A stretch of DNA of 61,449 nt, the filler included. It is 6 parts of 6 records of this genome, joined end to end, with 100 filler letters (N's around TTAATTAATTAA, not from the genome) between each part and the next. Parts side by side here need not be neighbours in the genome. Positions count along the whole stretch, not along the records: positions 1 to 5,562 come from DRR378314_497; positions 5,663 to 11,175 come from DRR378314_500; positions 11,276 to 38,726 come from DRR378314_503; 3 more parts are not named here. One strand, written 5' to 3'. The first letter of the stretch is position 1; each line of letters begins with the position of its first letter. This document shows, piece after piece, positions 1 through 12,254 of the stretch. The translations under genes and the position numbers were made by a program. The notes beneath the pieces were generated by a model that saw only the letters and a program-made list of their open reading frames with translations, did no database searches and was not told the DNA's origin.

Positions 1-137
1 GGGATGAAGGAGTAGTAAGGAACTCCATTTGCGTTTCACATCGAACGTTACTCGCCGAGAATGCTTTGTCGGTTGAGTCCCTGCACGATCAACCGTTGTA
101 TTCTCCCACTGTGAATCGCGACGGTCCTGTGACGTAC

Positions 138-2226
138 CGGATAAGAACCGACCAACCAGGACCAAGGAAAACGAGTTGATGTACGCGCCGGCGAGAATAA
201 CGGTCGAGGTACACACAAGCGCTCCTGCGTAGACTGTCATAGCCGTACTCAATCCAATACGATCCGCAAGTAGTCCTCCCACCATGGGCGCTACAACATT
301 GGGAATGTTGTACATAGTGAACAGCTGCAAAGAAAGGAGGACACAGGTCGTCGACCGTTACGCCTTGCGCTGTGCTGCCCCACAGAGGCAGCGCACAGTC
401 TTCGCGACCGGCGAGTATCCCCAAACGCACTTTCAAATATCCCTTTTCCGGCGTTTAGGATCATGAAAAACGTGTAAAGGGGCTCTTTTTCCCTTTCCCC
501 GGCGTTTTCGCGACAGTGTAAACGACTCTGCTGTTGCGCGCGGCGCAAGCGACGCGACACCACAGCAGAGTCGTTTGGAACCGAGACAAGTGGACGAACG
601 CAAGGCTAGGGCTTACATACACGAACCCTTATTTTGTACAACCTCTGTATAGTGATCTATATATTGAAGAAGAAAAACTGTGAGCACACAATTGGCCCCT
701 TAGGGAAATGAGCTATCAGATACGTAGAGATGAAGACAGCGCTCGTCTGGCGGCACGGCCGTTGCCAAGGGAGTAACCGTTGGAAGCGCTCACAGAGGAG
801 CGATTGAAATTCCGAACGGTAAATACGCTACTATGGCCTTTTCCGATGAAAGCGCAGACGAGAGGAAAAGGAGACTGCCTTCGGATCAACGCAAAGTTTT
901 CAGCGATTTTCCAACAGCGCGCAACGGCTCGCTGACGTTTCTTTGGCGCGCTGGTTTCGCTGCGCTGCGAACGGCGGCTGCGGCAGCGAAGCAAACGTTC
1001 CCCCGTGCGCCTCCTCGGCTGCAACGTACCAGATTGTATTCCACACTGCCGACGTGGAAATCCTGCGTTACGTGTACAAATGCGTGACAAAGGGAGAAAG
1101 AAAGCAGAAAGAGGTATGAGACTTTTCTTTATCCTCTCTGCACGCGTCCGGTCGTTACGTAGTACGACCGCACTACGTTATCGTGTGCGGGTGCAAGACC
1201 CGCACACACGATAACGGAAGAGCAAGGATGCGTCCGTCGCCTGCGCGTTACGCTGGCCACTTCCAGCTGCAGACCTGTCGCGCACTGCGCCTTTCTCAGC
1301 ACTATTGACATTCTTGAGAACGATGCACGTCAGACTGGGTACGTCTTTGGTGAGGACCAGCGCCCGGATACCGGCGTAGTGGTTGCAAACGCAAGGAGGA
1401 CGCGTATTCCCCACGTCGTTGCAGCGCGTGCGGCAGTGCAAGGCCGCAGGTTCGCGCGCGGGGTAACGGCTCTGCTGGCGCGAGCGCTGGGGCAGTGCAT
1501 CGGCAAACTCGTAACGGCTGCGTGCACTATCACCTCACAATGCGCAAAGAAAAAGGACGAGGAGAAGCTATTCCCATCTTACACAACCGATCAGATGTCG
1601 CTTCAGCATAGACGTTTCGATTCTCTCTACAAGATGCTGCTAGTAGGGACAAGGGAGCGGAATAAGCGGCCCGTTTGGTGTGCTGCGAGCGAAGAGTGCG
1701 CGCGCCTTCTCTGTTCGTGCGGGCGATGCGCGCTTCCAAAGGGCGCAAAGCTCTGCCGGACAGGCACAGTGCAGAGGAGATGCCCGCTTACCTTTTCCAC
1801 TTGCACCTGCAGCGCCGTCATGGAATCATACAGGTAAAACCGAGCAAACTGGCGGAAGGAAGTCGCGATGCATTGGTGCGAAACGAGAGCGGTGAGGGTT
1901 CACGCGTCGCGGATTCGCTCATGCGGGGGTGCGCGAGCACTTTGGCGCGCGGCTCATGGCAACCACGCGAGCGTGGGCCTCTGCAGCGGCGCTGCCGTGC
2001 ATCCACCCCCACTCTTCAAGGCAAAGCGTGAGCACAGTCAAAATCAGTTTGTGCGCAACGAAGTGTAGGCTTTCGCAGTGCGAGGTGCAGGGAGGCAACG
2101 TACGAGGAAGAAGGACGAGAGCGAGAGAACAACAAAGCGGATAGGGCTGTTGTGGCTCCACTGCTTTTGCTTTTCGCCTGTGCGGCGTGGCGCTTCCACG
2201 CCAAAGCCAGTTGTTGCGGACGCCAT
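138..2226 (-). CDS. MFS transporter, MFSD1-like (eukaryotic, spliced, 3'-partial)
   Basis: Hand-spliced exons 2226-2104, 1848-1792, 1062-1030 and 324-138 with GT-AG, phase-compatible junctions give MASATTG...IRFVVLSLSSFFL/FARFYLYDSMTALQVQVEK/DFHVGSVEYNL/LFTMYNIPNVVAPMVGGLLADRIG...LVGRFLSG. This includes MFS motif A (GxLaDRxG) and resembles the MFSD1 N-terminus. The rest probably lies beyond position 1. Confidence 0.75.
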
Positions 2227-3221
2227 CGAAGCACAACGCTCGAAGAATATGGGAGAGGAAGCGCGGTGAAATTCGAAAGAGAGAAAATTGACGAGAAAAA
2301 TGGGACGCTGATTCGGCGCGCGGAGCGAGTTGTGAAAGCTGCTCGCGCGTTTTGCTACCTTGAAGCGGCGCAAGCGTTCAGTTTCCGACGCGGCAACGTT
2401 CGAAGCGTATCTCCCGCGGCGATTGCGGCGCGAGAATCACGAATCCGGCACAGGCGCTCGCGCACTGTGAGAACGCGTGCACACGAAGCTGGTGTCCTCC
2501 TGCGCCAGCGCCTCCGGTGGGCTTGACGATAGCGAGTTCGTCCAACATGCTCGAGGTGGCTAGGAGGGAGTTCGCAAACGAACGCGTTGTTGAAGGTATG
2601 ATTTCCCAGTTTACATTGGACCATCAACTATAAATGATCTGTATTTACTACATGCGCCTATCGTCCAGGTAGGGGTAGCCACGATGTCGCACAGCACCAT
2701 TCGGCAACACTGGATCGCGCATCGCCTTTCGTGGCACGCAGCCCTAGTTAGAAAACACGAAACAAGACCAATTTCAGGGCTCATAATCGTGTAACGTTTG
2801 CATACTTCGCTGCGTGGCGCCGCCTGTCCGTCGGGCAACGCACGAGACCAGCGGGCGGCGCCCACGTGCGCTCAGGTACCCTTTTGTTTGTCGCTGGCGT
2901 TTCTTCCTCCGGTTGCGCCGTCGCGCTCATTTGATTTCTTCACGTCGCCGTCGCAGCACTTGGCCTCCTATCGTACCGCCTCTATCACCTACGTCGCGAC
3001 GCACTTTCGCTATCGCTCCTCGTGCGCGTATACCTACATCAGGGTACACACGAAAGCCTACGACACTGGCATATAAGTCGTGCTCTGCGACCAGTGCCGC
3101 TTCGTTCAGGCTTCGCAGCAGCGCGTTGCAGCGCACGCGCGCACGGGCGCAGTCTCGTGGGCACTTGGAGGAGGAGCGGAGAGAAATCGCTCAACGTGCG
3201 TCGCGTGGCACAGCGCTGAAT

Positions 3222-4028
3222 ATGGCTTCTGTCGCCGTTGGCCAAACCCAAAGCCTCTCGTCGCCGCCTCCCGCAACGCACACAACGGCACAGAGTTCAG
3301 CGGACCGGCCTGAATCTACCATGATCGACATATCCAATAGCGAGTATTCGGCTGGTGTGGGGGAGATATGCGGTAGCACCTTGTGGCAGGAGGAATGCGC
3401 TGAGAACGCGCTGCGTTCGTTGAGTGAGGAAGCGGCGCGGCTCTATGAGGAGCGCCGCTTCGAGGACGCGCTCGCGGTGCGGATGCAGCAGTTGCAACGG
3501 TCGCTCGAGGTGCTCAACGCTGCAGAGTGCGCGTCCGCGTGCGCCGGGGGAGCCTGTGCGCTCGAAGCTCTACACCGCTATAAAGAAGCGTATGAATTGC
3601 ATATTAAGGCATATTCGTTCTTTGTGGTGCGTGGAGACGGTTGCGGGCAGAGCGTGGCGAGTGGAGGCGCGGGGCGTTGCGCTTTCCGTTGCGGCGAGGT
3701 GCTGGAAGGGATGGACTGGTTCGCGCGCAGTGCCCAGCTCGCCCGTTACGAAGACTCTCTCGCTCTCGAAGCCCATACGATGGTCTCGATCGGAAAGTGC
3801 TTGTTCGAAGATAAGAGATTCGATGACGCTCGAATCGCCTTTTGCGCGTACGAGAAACTTGCGGAAAGTCTGGATAAGCCGCCGGTTCCGTTGGACGTTG
3901 TTCAACGGCTGGCGCGAGTTGCAACGTCGCGCAGGGAGAGTGAGTGCGCTCGTGCAACCTCTACCAACCGCGCGCTTCGGATTCGAGCTGCCCTTGACTG
4001 CGCGCTTGGCGCCAACGTTCCCGCCTGA
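3222..4028 (+). CDS. Tetratricopeptide-repeat-like helical protein (single exon)
   Basis: ATG 3222 lies within ORF 2814-4028. Repeating TPR-like units: LYEERRFEDAL, LEALHRYKEAY, AFRCGEVLEGMDWF, SIGKCLFEDKRFDDA. Confidence 0.55.
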   Translation: MASVAVGQTQSLSSPPPATHTTAQSSADRPESTMIDISNSEYSAGVGEICGSTLWQEECAENALRSLSEEAARLYEERRFEDALAVRMQQLQRSLEVLNAAECASACAGGACALEALHRYKEAYELHIKAYSFFVVRGDGCGQSVASGGAGRCAFRCGEVLEGMDWFARSAQLARYEDSLALEAHTMVSIGKCLFEDKRFDDARIAFCAYEKLAESLDKPPVPLDVVQRLARVATSRRESECARATSTNRALRIRAALDCALGANVPA

Positions 4029-5535
4029 ACCAGCACCTCGCACCATCTATACCTTACGTGATACATCCGAGGAAATGAGGGGTTTGGGTCGGGAAGAGCG
4101 GGGCGCGGAAGCGACAGTGTCGCTATGCAACGAAACTGTCCGTTGCAGCGATGAATTTCGCTCGTCGAGCTCGTTGTTTCAAAGTTCCGCCGGAGCACTC
4201 TCTCCAAGCAGTGGGATCTCTTTTCTGTCTTTCCCTCGTGCACACCGCGTAGTGCTCAACGACTTTCCATCAGTAAACAGCGCGGTCATTGCAACAGGGT
4301 AACCGTATGTTGCATTGAGCCTAGGGCGTTTCGTTCGAAGGAATTAGGGGGTGTTTGCGCAAGCGCGTAGGTGCGTACGAACGAGGTTTGGTGTTGCAGC
4401 AGCGACACCGGGGCAAAAGCGCAAAGAGAAATTGAGAAAAGTGTGAGAAGCGGGACGAGAGCAAGAGGGAAGCGCTGCAGATGCGCAACGGGTGGAGAAT
4501 GGGCGGAGAAACCGCCGGTTGTTTCTTTTTTTTCTCTGTAATGAATGGCTGTACATGTATCTTTCTACTTCCGTGGCGACCAAGTTTTGTGGATGACAAA
4601 GCACTCCCTTTCACTCCTTTCCGTTCCTTCTCTGTGCGCTCACTCGCACAAAATGGCCTTACGAGGACGGCCGTTGCGTGAAGAAGCGAGTCGACGTCGA
4701 GCTGCCTTGCGTCTTCGTTGCTGTTGCACCATAGGGAAAGAGAGAGATTGAGCTGAAATTGTTCGTCAACCTGTCCAAAAAAAGATTTCTCACTTTTGTC
4801 ATGTTATATGGCAACAGGATTGCACGGCGTTCGTTCTTCGTTCGGTGTAGTGATGCTTGCGGTCTGCGTGCACTGCAGGCTGAACCGAATGAAACGGCGA
4901 CTCCGCTCCTGTCGTTTCTGGATCCACACGTAACGTGTCTCTCTGTGTTCGGCGCGTTCCCGAGAAACTACCAATCTTCGTTCCCGCGGCGATAGTAGTC
5001 CCGTCTCCATTCTTACCTGTAATCTATTGTCAATTAATCTGGAAGGACCATGTTTCTTTTGCCGGCTGAAGAATGTGCTGTAAGCGGCGAATTGTGCCGT
5101 TAAACCCGCCAATTCTGCGTCCCGAGTCTTCCGAGCGAACTCGCAGAAAAATATCAATGGCGAAGTGGACATTCGTTTTTGATTTCCCCCTTTATCGCGG
5201 GCTTTGTATTGTACTTCAAATGAACACGTCAACGAGTTAGTGGGAACAATCACGAGGCAAGCGGTGAATCGACGGTGTTGGAGTTGCTCTTTTCGCTTCA
5301 TTCGTTCTTCCTCCGCTGCGTCTCATCTTTGGCGAATTCGGGTCCTCGCGCTGACGCAGAACGACTACAAAAACGACTGTGACAAAGTCACTCATTCACT
5401 TGCATCCACAAACTGTTTCTTCCCTGACGTTCGTTACGTTATGGCGCTGCATGACTAAGACGTACGCAATATTTATTGTTGATTCACAGAAGCACTATGG
5501 AGAGCTCGAGGAAGAACTTGGTGGTTCGCACGTAC

Positions 5536-5562
5536 TGTGTGTGTGTGTGTGTGTGTGTGTGT
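5536..5562. repeat. (TG)n microsatellite at contig end
   Basis: Uninterrupted TG run up to the N spacer. Confidence 0.95.
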
Positions 5563-5662
5563 NNNNNNNNNNNNNNNNNNNNNNNNNNNNNNNNNNNNNN
5601 NNNNNNTTAATTAATTAANNNNNNNNNNNNNNNNNNNNNNNNNNNNNNNNNNNNNNNNNNNN
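5563..5662. other. Artificial contig spacer (N44-TTAATTAATTAA-N44)
   Basis: 100 nt, identical to the four other spacers; the core places stops in all six frames. Confidence 0.98.
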
Positions 5663-6487
5663 CGCGTGCACGTCTCCGCCTCTACCTAACGACTACATGT
5701 ACCTTATTGTGCAAGTAATGCAATGATTTGCTTGGGTAATAAAAAGGGCGGGGGGAAAGAGCCGGGGAAATCAATCCGCACAGCAAGCGTTATGTGAGCG
5801 ACGGTCTCTTTTTTGCGCCAAGGCTCAACCATACAGTAGTCCAAGCGACTCACGATCGCCCTGGCACAATGACGGGGCTTCCACGGATTGGGGGAGTGTG
5901 CTCAACGAGGACACATAGCGTCCCGGGAACGTGTCACGCCCTATGGACTTTGCAACTTCTGTCACATATTGCTCTGCGCAAGAATTTTACCGCGGCTCGA
6001 TATGCTGTCACGCGTGAGTGCCAAGGCGGTCCTCTGCCCCAGAGCCTTAGTGGAGCAGAGGAAACAGCGCCCGTCGGCGGGCCTACACGCGTACAGCAGT
6101 CTCACCCCCCACGCAACAACTTCCAGCACAAGTTGGAGAAGAATGTAATCAACTAAACAGACGTGCATGACGTTGACACGTAGCTTAGCGCGGTGTGTCA
6201 TTTATCACTAGGATGGAACGTTTCAAACAAGTACGTGCGCATAGAGGCGAACGCTGCACAGCAGGGGAAGGAGTTGCGCATCGTGTGCGGCGCGCACGAG
6301 CCCGAGCACTGGAACGCAAGCCGGGGCATCATTTTGCTCACCCGATCACAGCCCTTTTCTTTATTCTTCATGTACTCTTCCAAATAGACACGTCCGCTGC
6401 AAACACTGCCGCGCCTTCAAACCTTGCAAATGACACAGCAGGCAAAGGGAATTCACGTATACTAAAGAAACGATGGAAAGCTAAAAA

Positions 6488-9400
6488 TCAGGAGAACGCA
6501 TAGAGCGCTCCACCACAAAGAGCAACCAACAGACCCGAGAGCGCCGAAACTGTGTTGACTTTCCCAAATACGACGATGGACAGTAGCACCGTAATAAACT
6601 TGTTCATATTTCCGGCTATATTGAATGATGTTGCGGAGACGAGGTCGCGGCACATTGTTCCTGTGGTTCACAAAAAGGAGGTGAGACGGGGGCATTGCAG
6701 CAGCAGCAGCAGCAGTCACCAGTCAGGACCTCCGCAACCATGGGCAGACATTCCCCAGCACATGTTTCGCAGTTTGATGCTCGCGCAGGCCCAACATAAA
6801 CGAAATTGTATCGAGCTTCGCCAGCTCTCTACATGCCCCATGCCTCCCCCCAAAATATTCATAAACTCTAAGCCGATGCGTCAACAAGAAACCATCGTAA
6901 CTTGATCAGACGAACAGGTCTCTCCGCGCAGCTTTGCAGCCACTTGAAGAGATGCAAGTATGCGGAGAGCTCGCGCATTGAAACCACCACACTCGCCGCC
7001 CTCCGCTGGAAAGCGGGAGCAAGAAACACACGGGGAAACAGGCGTCTACACAAAAAAATCTCTGAGATACACACTGCGTTCTACCGACAATAATACCACA
7101 ACACGGCGCAAAGCGAAGCAATTGCTATTAAACGTGGAGAAAGAAAACAAGATCATGTCGTGCACAACTGATTTTCCAACAAGCGAAATCGGAAACGCAC
7201 AACGCGCGGTGCTGCCGATTTCAACGTACCCGCAAGGGAAATTGCAGTTCCAGCAACACACGAAAGCAGGACTACAAAGAGACCACCGAAGGAAATGTTC
7301 GAAAACGCGCTAACACTTGCAACAACGTCGCCGCCGAACAGGAACATGGCGAGCAAGACCGGAAGCGCTAGCAGATTGTTGTAGTACGTCTTTTCCCAGT
7401 TCCCCATGTGCGGAAGCGATTCGAAAACGTATTTGATGTACAGAGCGTTTACGACCGTTGCGAAGAAGTAGCAAAATGCCCAAAAGTATCCAACAGAATC
7501 GAAATAGACATCATTCAGTGCATACAACACTCCACCGACCACACTGCACGGGTCCGTCATCAACAGACGACGACAACATGCACAACAGGTTTCCACACGA
7601 GATAACCCGCTGGTCAGTACACGAAAGCTCAGAGTGCGGAATGACTACTCATTGAGCCGCGAAGCAGAAAAAAAATACAGAATAAGGCGCGACAAAGTTA
7701 ATAGAGCTGTGAAAAGACCACAAGATATGAAACTGAAAGTGCACTGCAAAGCAATGCGCAGCTTCTCCTTGTACAGCCCTATCATCACAATGCGCTCCCA
7801 GCGGGTCGTTCTCAGTCTCTATTACGCGCACGCGCGCCAAACGATCCGCTTGGCAAAACTAATCGTAGCAGCAGAACTTACAACTTTTTCACACGAGACG
7901 CGAGGCAGGCATGTCCGAAAAGGGCGCCCGTTGTCGCAATGAACACGGCACCGTAACTCCACAAGCCTGTGCTCAAGCGAAGCAAGAGTACCTGCACACG
8001 CGCAACTATCTCGCTACTACCGGCGCTTCTGACGCTTGGTCACCACAAAACGCACATAACCACCATAGCGAAAATAGCTCGATTGCTGAACTTTTTGCCA
8101 AACAGAATGCGATCGCCAAAAGCAACAGCAAACGTCGTCAACGTCCGAAAGACAATCACACTTTCCACATTGATATGTTGAAGCGCTTTCATATTCGTAT
8201 ACATAGGAAGGAGCCACGCCAGAGTTACACCGATCCATTTCCGGCCTAAACGGAGTGGTAGGATGAAATCAAGAAAAGAGAAGACAAAAGTAAGGAAAAA
8301 GGGGTTTATGCGCCCGCGAACAGGCAACAAGCGGCGTGAGAAATTTCGCAGAGTGCCATGCTTCCTCTGTACTCCTGATTCAACCACGACACATAGAACC
8401 ATATTCGCGTGCCCTGCATGCACATCAAGTCCTTGTCAAAAACATATATATTCTCATGAAAAGCTTGTAGCTGCAACACTTGACGTGACACAGCAGACAA
8501 GGCTTCCCGTCGAGGGCTGCGCCTTGCAGGCGTTTCGCTACGGCAGCCAGGAGTACACCCACGAATACTCGTTCCATTCCTGTGGCCAGAGTCCACTGCC
8601 GTATCCGCAATTTCTTTTCAAACGGAGCGGATCCGTCGCAAGAACAAAACGCACCTTTTTCCATATTGAAATTCTCAAAATCGAAGTGCCCCAATTTTCG
8701 GCCGTAGAGCAATAGTCCAACCGACGTTGCCGTTTGGAGCACAAGGAGAAGCGCTGTGTGCGGGAGTGCTTGGACCGCTCCTGCAAACCAGTCACCAGTA
8801 TCCCCGCGGAAAGCCCAGGTCATCTAGCAACTGAGAACCGCCTGCAATCCGTAATCACAATCTCATAAATTTGCATATATGTCGCACAAAAGGCAGCGCA
8901 CGCTCGAAGACCGTTGAGGCCTCGACAAAAGATCGCCACGCGGATCACAGACGACGGCAAGGCCGTCTCATGAGCACGCGAGCTCTGTCCGCTACGCTGT
9001 CTGCAGCGACGCCACTCCAGCCTCGCACCACATCCCTCATGTCCTCAAGAGCACGACCCTGCAGCGTACCTTTATTAATAATCAGCATCGTCGAGCTGCA
9101 CAAAAGGTAAAAATTCAGCCAGAACACTACATTCGCATTCTCTCTGATACGGGCCACCATAGAGTGGGGAAGTACTCCCGACAAGGAATCTGCGAGCTGG
9201 GCGAGCGAAAACCGTCGCACGAACGAGCAAGGGGCAGTCCGCCCACCAGCAGGAACAGTGGTAAGTGCCAAGCTTGTGTCTGCCGTCCACGAACGGGTTC
9301 CCTGCTACCCCACTCCACTGTACTTCAGAGAAAGAGACGTGTCCTTTCAGATATTATCATCCCATAACACTATGCTGTCGTAATAGAACGCAATCGCGCG

Positions 9401-9527
9401 GGATGAAGAAACATACTTTCGACGCAAATGTGTTTTCTGTCGAGCTGCCCGTCGCTGGTTCGTCTACAAGTGCTTCCTCATCCTGGACATCGTCCACTTC
9501 ACTCTTCCTCACTTCTTCCACCGCCAT
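6488..9527 (-). CDS. Nucleotide-sugar transporter, GDP-sugar (GONST/Vrg4-like) family, 6 exons, about 346 aa
   Basis: Exons 9527-9417, 9196-9070, 8780-8655, 8245-8056, 7543-7230 and 6660-6488 sum to 1041 nt in frame. Motifs YLLCSSTMLIINK, IVFRTLT, YYNNLLALP and SATSFNIAGNMNK match plant GONST3/4-type transporters. Confidence 0.85.
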
Positions 9528-10117
9528 CGCAGAAGGTATCTCCTTGAACGCAGAAAAAAATCACTAAATCAAGGGGCTCGTAACACGACGCCGGAAACGA
9601 TGAGAGCCTCTGGAGTAGCGGTGACAAGAACGCAAAAGCGAGAAGCTTCCCGTTGGTTCCGCTACGAAACACCCTGTATCTCACAGGCTGATGCGTCAGC
9701 GCGGAGCGGCAGTATATTACGTAGATCCATAATATCGTATATGGTTGACCTTGGATACATTTAGTGTGACATGTCCGCAGAGGCTCGCTTGCGCTTTGCC
9801 GCATTCGTAACAAGCGCACTTCAGCTCGTCGTGAGGCTCCCAACGCGCGCGCAGCTATTGGCGATTTCCGTTTGCGTTTTCGCAGTTGTGGCTATTTCAG
9901 GCAATTCTAACGAGATATACCCCTTGACTGTGTATAGGACGAGCGTATTCGTATCGAGGTGCTAAAAGGGATCGCGCTTCAACCTGCGGAGCAATCTCCT
10001 TGTCACTGTCGCCCGCCCCGTGCTGGACAACGCCCTTCCGCGCACGCTACAGCCAGACAGCGTCGCAAGCGAGCAACAAGCCCTTCATCGCGCCCAGTGC
10101 TTTCACAGTGACTAGCC

Positions 10118-10701
10118 ATGGACATTTTGTACTATGGACAGCCAATCGAAGAAGGGTTGAAACAGAAAAGCCTCGACTGTGCGTTCTGGAAGCGCGAAGC
10201 ACTTCCCAACCACAAGACGTTGCAGCGCCGCGAGCGCGCCTTTGCAAGCATCAGACACTCGGTTGGCAGAACCTGGTTCGCGCGCGCACGGGTCCTTTGC
10301 CTGCCACTGCGTATTCTGGCCGCGTTCTAGCGCCAAGCTCTGTGCGAACCTCTATTTCTTGGTATACGCAGTACGGTGAATCATTGAGATCTAGCAACCG
10401 TACTTGATTTGCCGGTAAACTCCGGAAGGTGGAAACACTAGGCGTGCGGCCGCGTCTGCGTGCCGGCAGACCTGCATTGGCTGTCAGCCGCTCCTTGACG
10501 CTGTTCCTGCCTTGCCCGTCTCTGCCCCCACTCTGCCCGGTATCCCTTCTCTTGCCATCTCTCTTCCGCCCCGCAGTTCATCCGGTCAAGACCCTTGTTG
10601 CTATCTTGGATGATCGCAACAATATCGTGGTGATGGACTATTTACAACGAACCATCATGCACAAGTCGGGGTTTTTACGCTCGGTAATACGAGCGGAGAA
10701 G
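10118..10701 (+). CDS. N-terminal exons of a probable WD40 beta-propeller protein (partial)
   Basis: Exons 10118-10178 and 10577-10701 splice to MDILYYG...KSLDFHPVKTLVAILDDRNNIVVMDYLQRTI, a coatomer-type first-blade pattern (DFHP...IxVxDY). Later exons not resolved. Confidence 0.4.
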
Positions 10702-11175
10702 GTACGGACCACGCTGCCCGCCGCTCGGACGCGAGGACCGCTTCGCGAGCAGTGTTGCGTTTGACAAGCAGCGGAATTTTCTTTCTCAAGGCACTGTGCG
10801 GTTCACTCCTCGATCTATACCGGCTTGTACATACCTGAAGCTGTCATTTTTGTCCGACATAACAGCGTAAGATTTGCGCGTTTTGTATGCGCTGCGCCCC
10901 ACGACTGTGCAGACTGGAAACGCTCGATCGATACGGTTCCTCGATACAGACGTCATTTGGTGGCAGAAGCGGAAAGATGTCGTAGACGCTGGAAAGCCCA
11001 AAGTACGCCGCCTTGGCACAGCTACCGCTTGCAGCTGCCGATTAGGCAAAGGCGTTGCCAAAAGTAGACGCGACGCAGCAGACCTGGGTTTTGTATTCTG
11101 CATTTTCAAAAAAAAATTTGGCTAAGCTCGCGTTTCATTTCATTGATTTGTCTCGGCTCTTAGTTCGCGCGCTTT

Positions 11176-11275
11176 NNNNNNNNNNNNNNNNNNNNNNNNN
11201 NNNNNNNNNNNNNNNNNNNTTAATTAATTAANNNNNNNNNNNNNNNNNNNNNNNNNNNNNNNNNNNNNNNNNNNN
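11176..11275. other. Artificial contig spacer; eukaryote/bacterium boundary
   Basis: Same N44-TTAATTAATTAA-N44 linker. Confidence 0.98.
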
Positions 11276-11276
11276 G

Positions 11277-11363
11277 CCCACCGGCATCCAGGAACTGGAG
11301 CGGTTTGATGACGTGAATATTGCCGAAACGGTCTGGGAGGCGATCGAGGGGCGGCTCGGATGA
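11277..11363 (+). CDS. gshB: Glutathione synthetase, C-terminal fragment
   Basis: PTGIQELERFDDVNIAETVWEAIEGRLG* matches the alphaproteobacterial GshB C-terminus; its stop overlaps the next start (ATGA). Confidence 0.8.
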   Translation, partial: PTGIQELERFDDVNIAETVWEAIEGRLG

Positions 11364-12247
11364 GCTGGCAACTTGCCGTTCTGTTGCGTGGGTTGCGGCA
11401 TGTGGCGCGCCCACGGCTGCAACATGTCAAAGAGCCGATCACGGCGCGAGTAGGGTTCGAGCGGCTGGCCCGCATCGGATGCCGACCGCCGCCGTACCTC
11501 TGTCACGTTCACGACAGCGCAGGGTTGGACCGGATCCACGTCGGGCGTCCCGCGCATGGCACAATCATCCTGTTTCTCCACGGTGGCGGCTATATCGCGG
11601 GCAGCCCGAACAGCTATGCGGCCATGCTGGGGCGGCTGTCTCTTCTCTCTGGGCTTGAGATCTGCGCCCCGGATTATCGCCTGGCGCCGGAGCATCGGTT
11701 TCCAGCCGCCTATGACGATGCCTGTGCGGCTTGGGATCACCTTGTCTCGATGGGGTATGCACCTTCGGATATCGTGATCGGCGGCGATTCCGCAGGCGGC
11801 GGATTGGCCATCGCGCTGTTGTCGCATCTCTGCCGGGCGGGCACGCCACCTGCGGGCCTCTTCGCGATGTCGCCCTGGTGCGACCTGTCCCTGACGGGCG
11901 AGAGCCTGACGCGAAACGCCAATGCGGACCCGTTTCTACCGGCAGAACGCATTCGGGAACTTGTCGGCTATGTCCTGCCCGAGGGCGAGGACGCTGACGA
12001 TCCGCGCCTTTCGCCCTTGTTTGCGGATTTTCCCGACTGCCCGCCGGTCCTGCTGCATTATGGACAGACCGAAATCCTGCTGGACGACTGTCGTCGCATG
12101 GCTGCGCGCCTGCGCGCCCATGGGGCGGATGTGACCGAGACGGTGCACCCGAGCGCGCCTCATGTCTGGCATCTGTTTGATGGCTGGATACCCGAGGCGC
12201 GTCGCTCTTTATGCGATATTTCGTATTTCGCCCGGGCCTGTCTCTGA
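11360..12247 (+). CDS. Alpha/beta hydrolase, HSL-family esterase
   Basis: HGGG oxyanion motif, DYRLAPEH, GDSAGG nucleophile elbow, C-terminal HVW. Confidence 0.9.
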   Translation: MSWQLAVLLRGLRHVARPRLQHVKEPITARVGFERLARIGCRPPPYLCHVHDSAGLDRIHVGRPAHGTIILFLHGGGYIAGSPNSYAAMLGRLSLLSGLEICAPDYRLAPEHRFPAAYDDACAAWDHLVSMGYAPSDIVIGGDSAGGGLAIALLSHLCRAGTPPAGLFAMSPWCDLSLTGESLTRNANADPFLPAERIRELVGYVLPEGEDADDPRLSPLFADFPDCPPVLLHYGQTEILLDDCRRMAARLRAHGADVTETVHPSAPHVWHLFDGWIPEARRSLCDISYFARACL

Positions 12248-12254
12248 GCGGACC

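Noticed and set aside
5607..5618. TTAATTAATTAA as a biological repeat or CtrA site (five copies)
   Set aside because: Always centred in N44/N44; it is a six-frame-stop concatenation linker.
4300..6480. Short ORFs and possible exons at the end of contig 1 and start of contig 2
   Set aside because: Some splice-like signals, but no coherent frame or recognisable motif.
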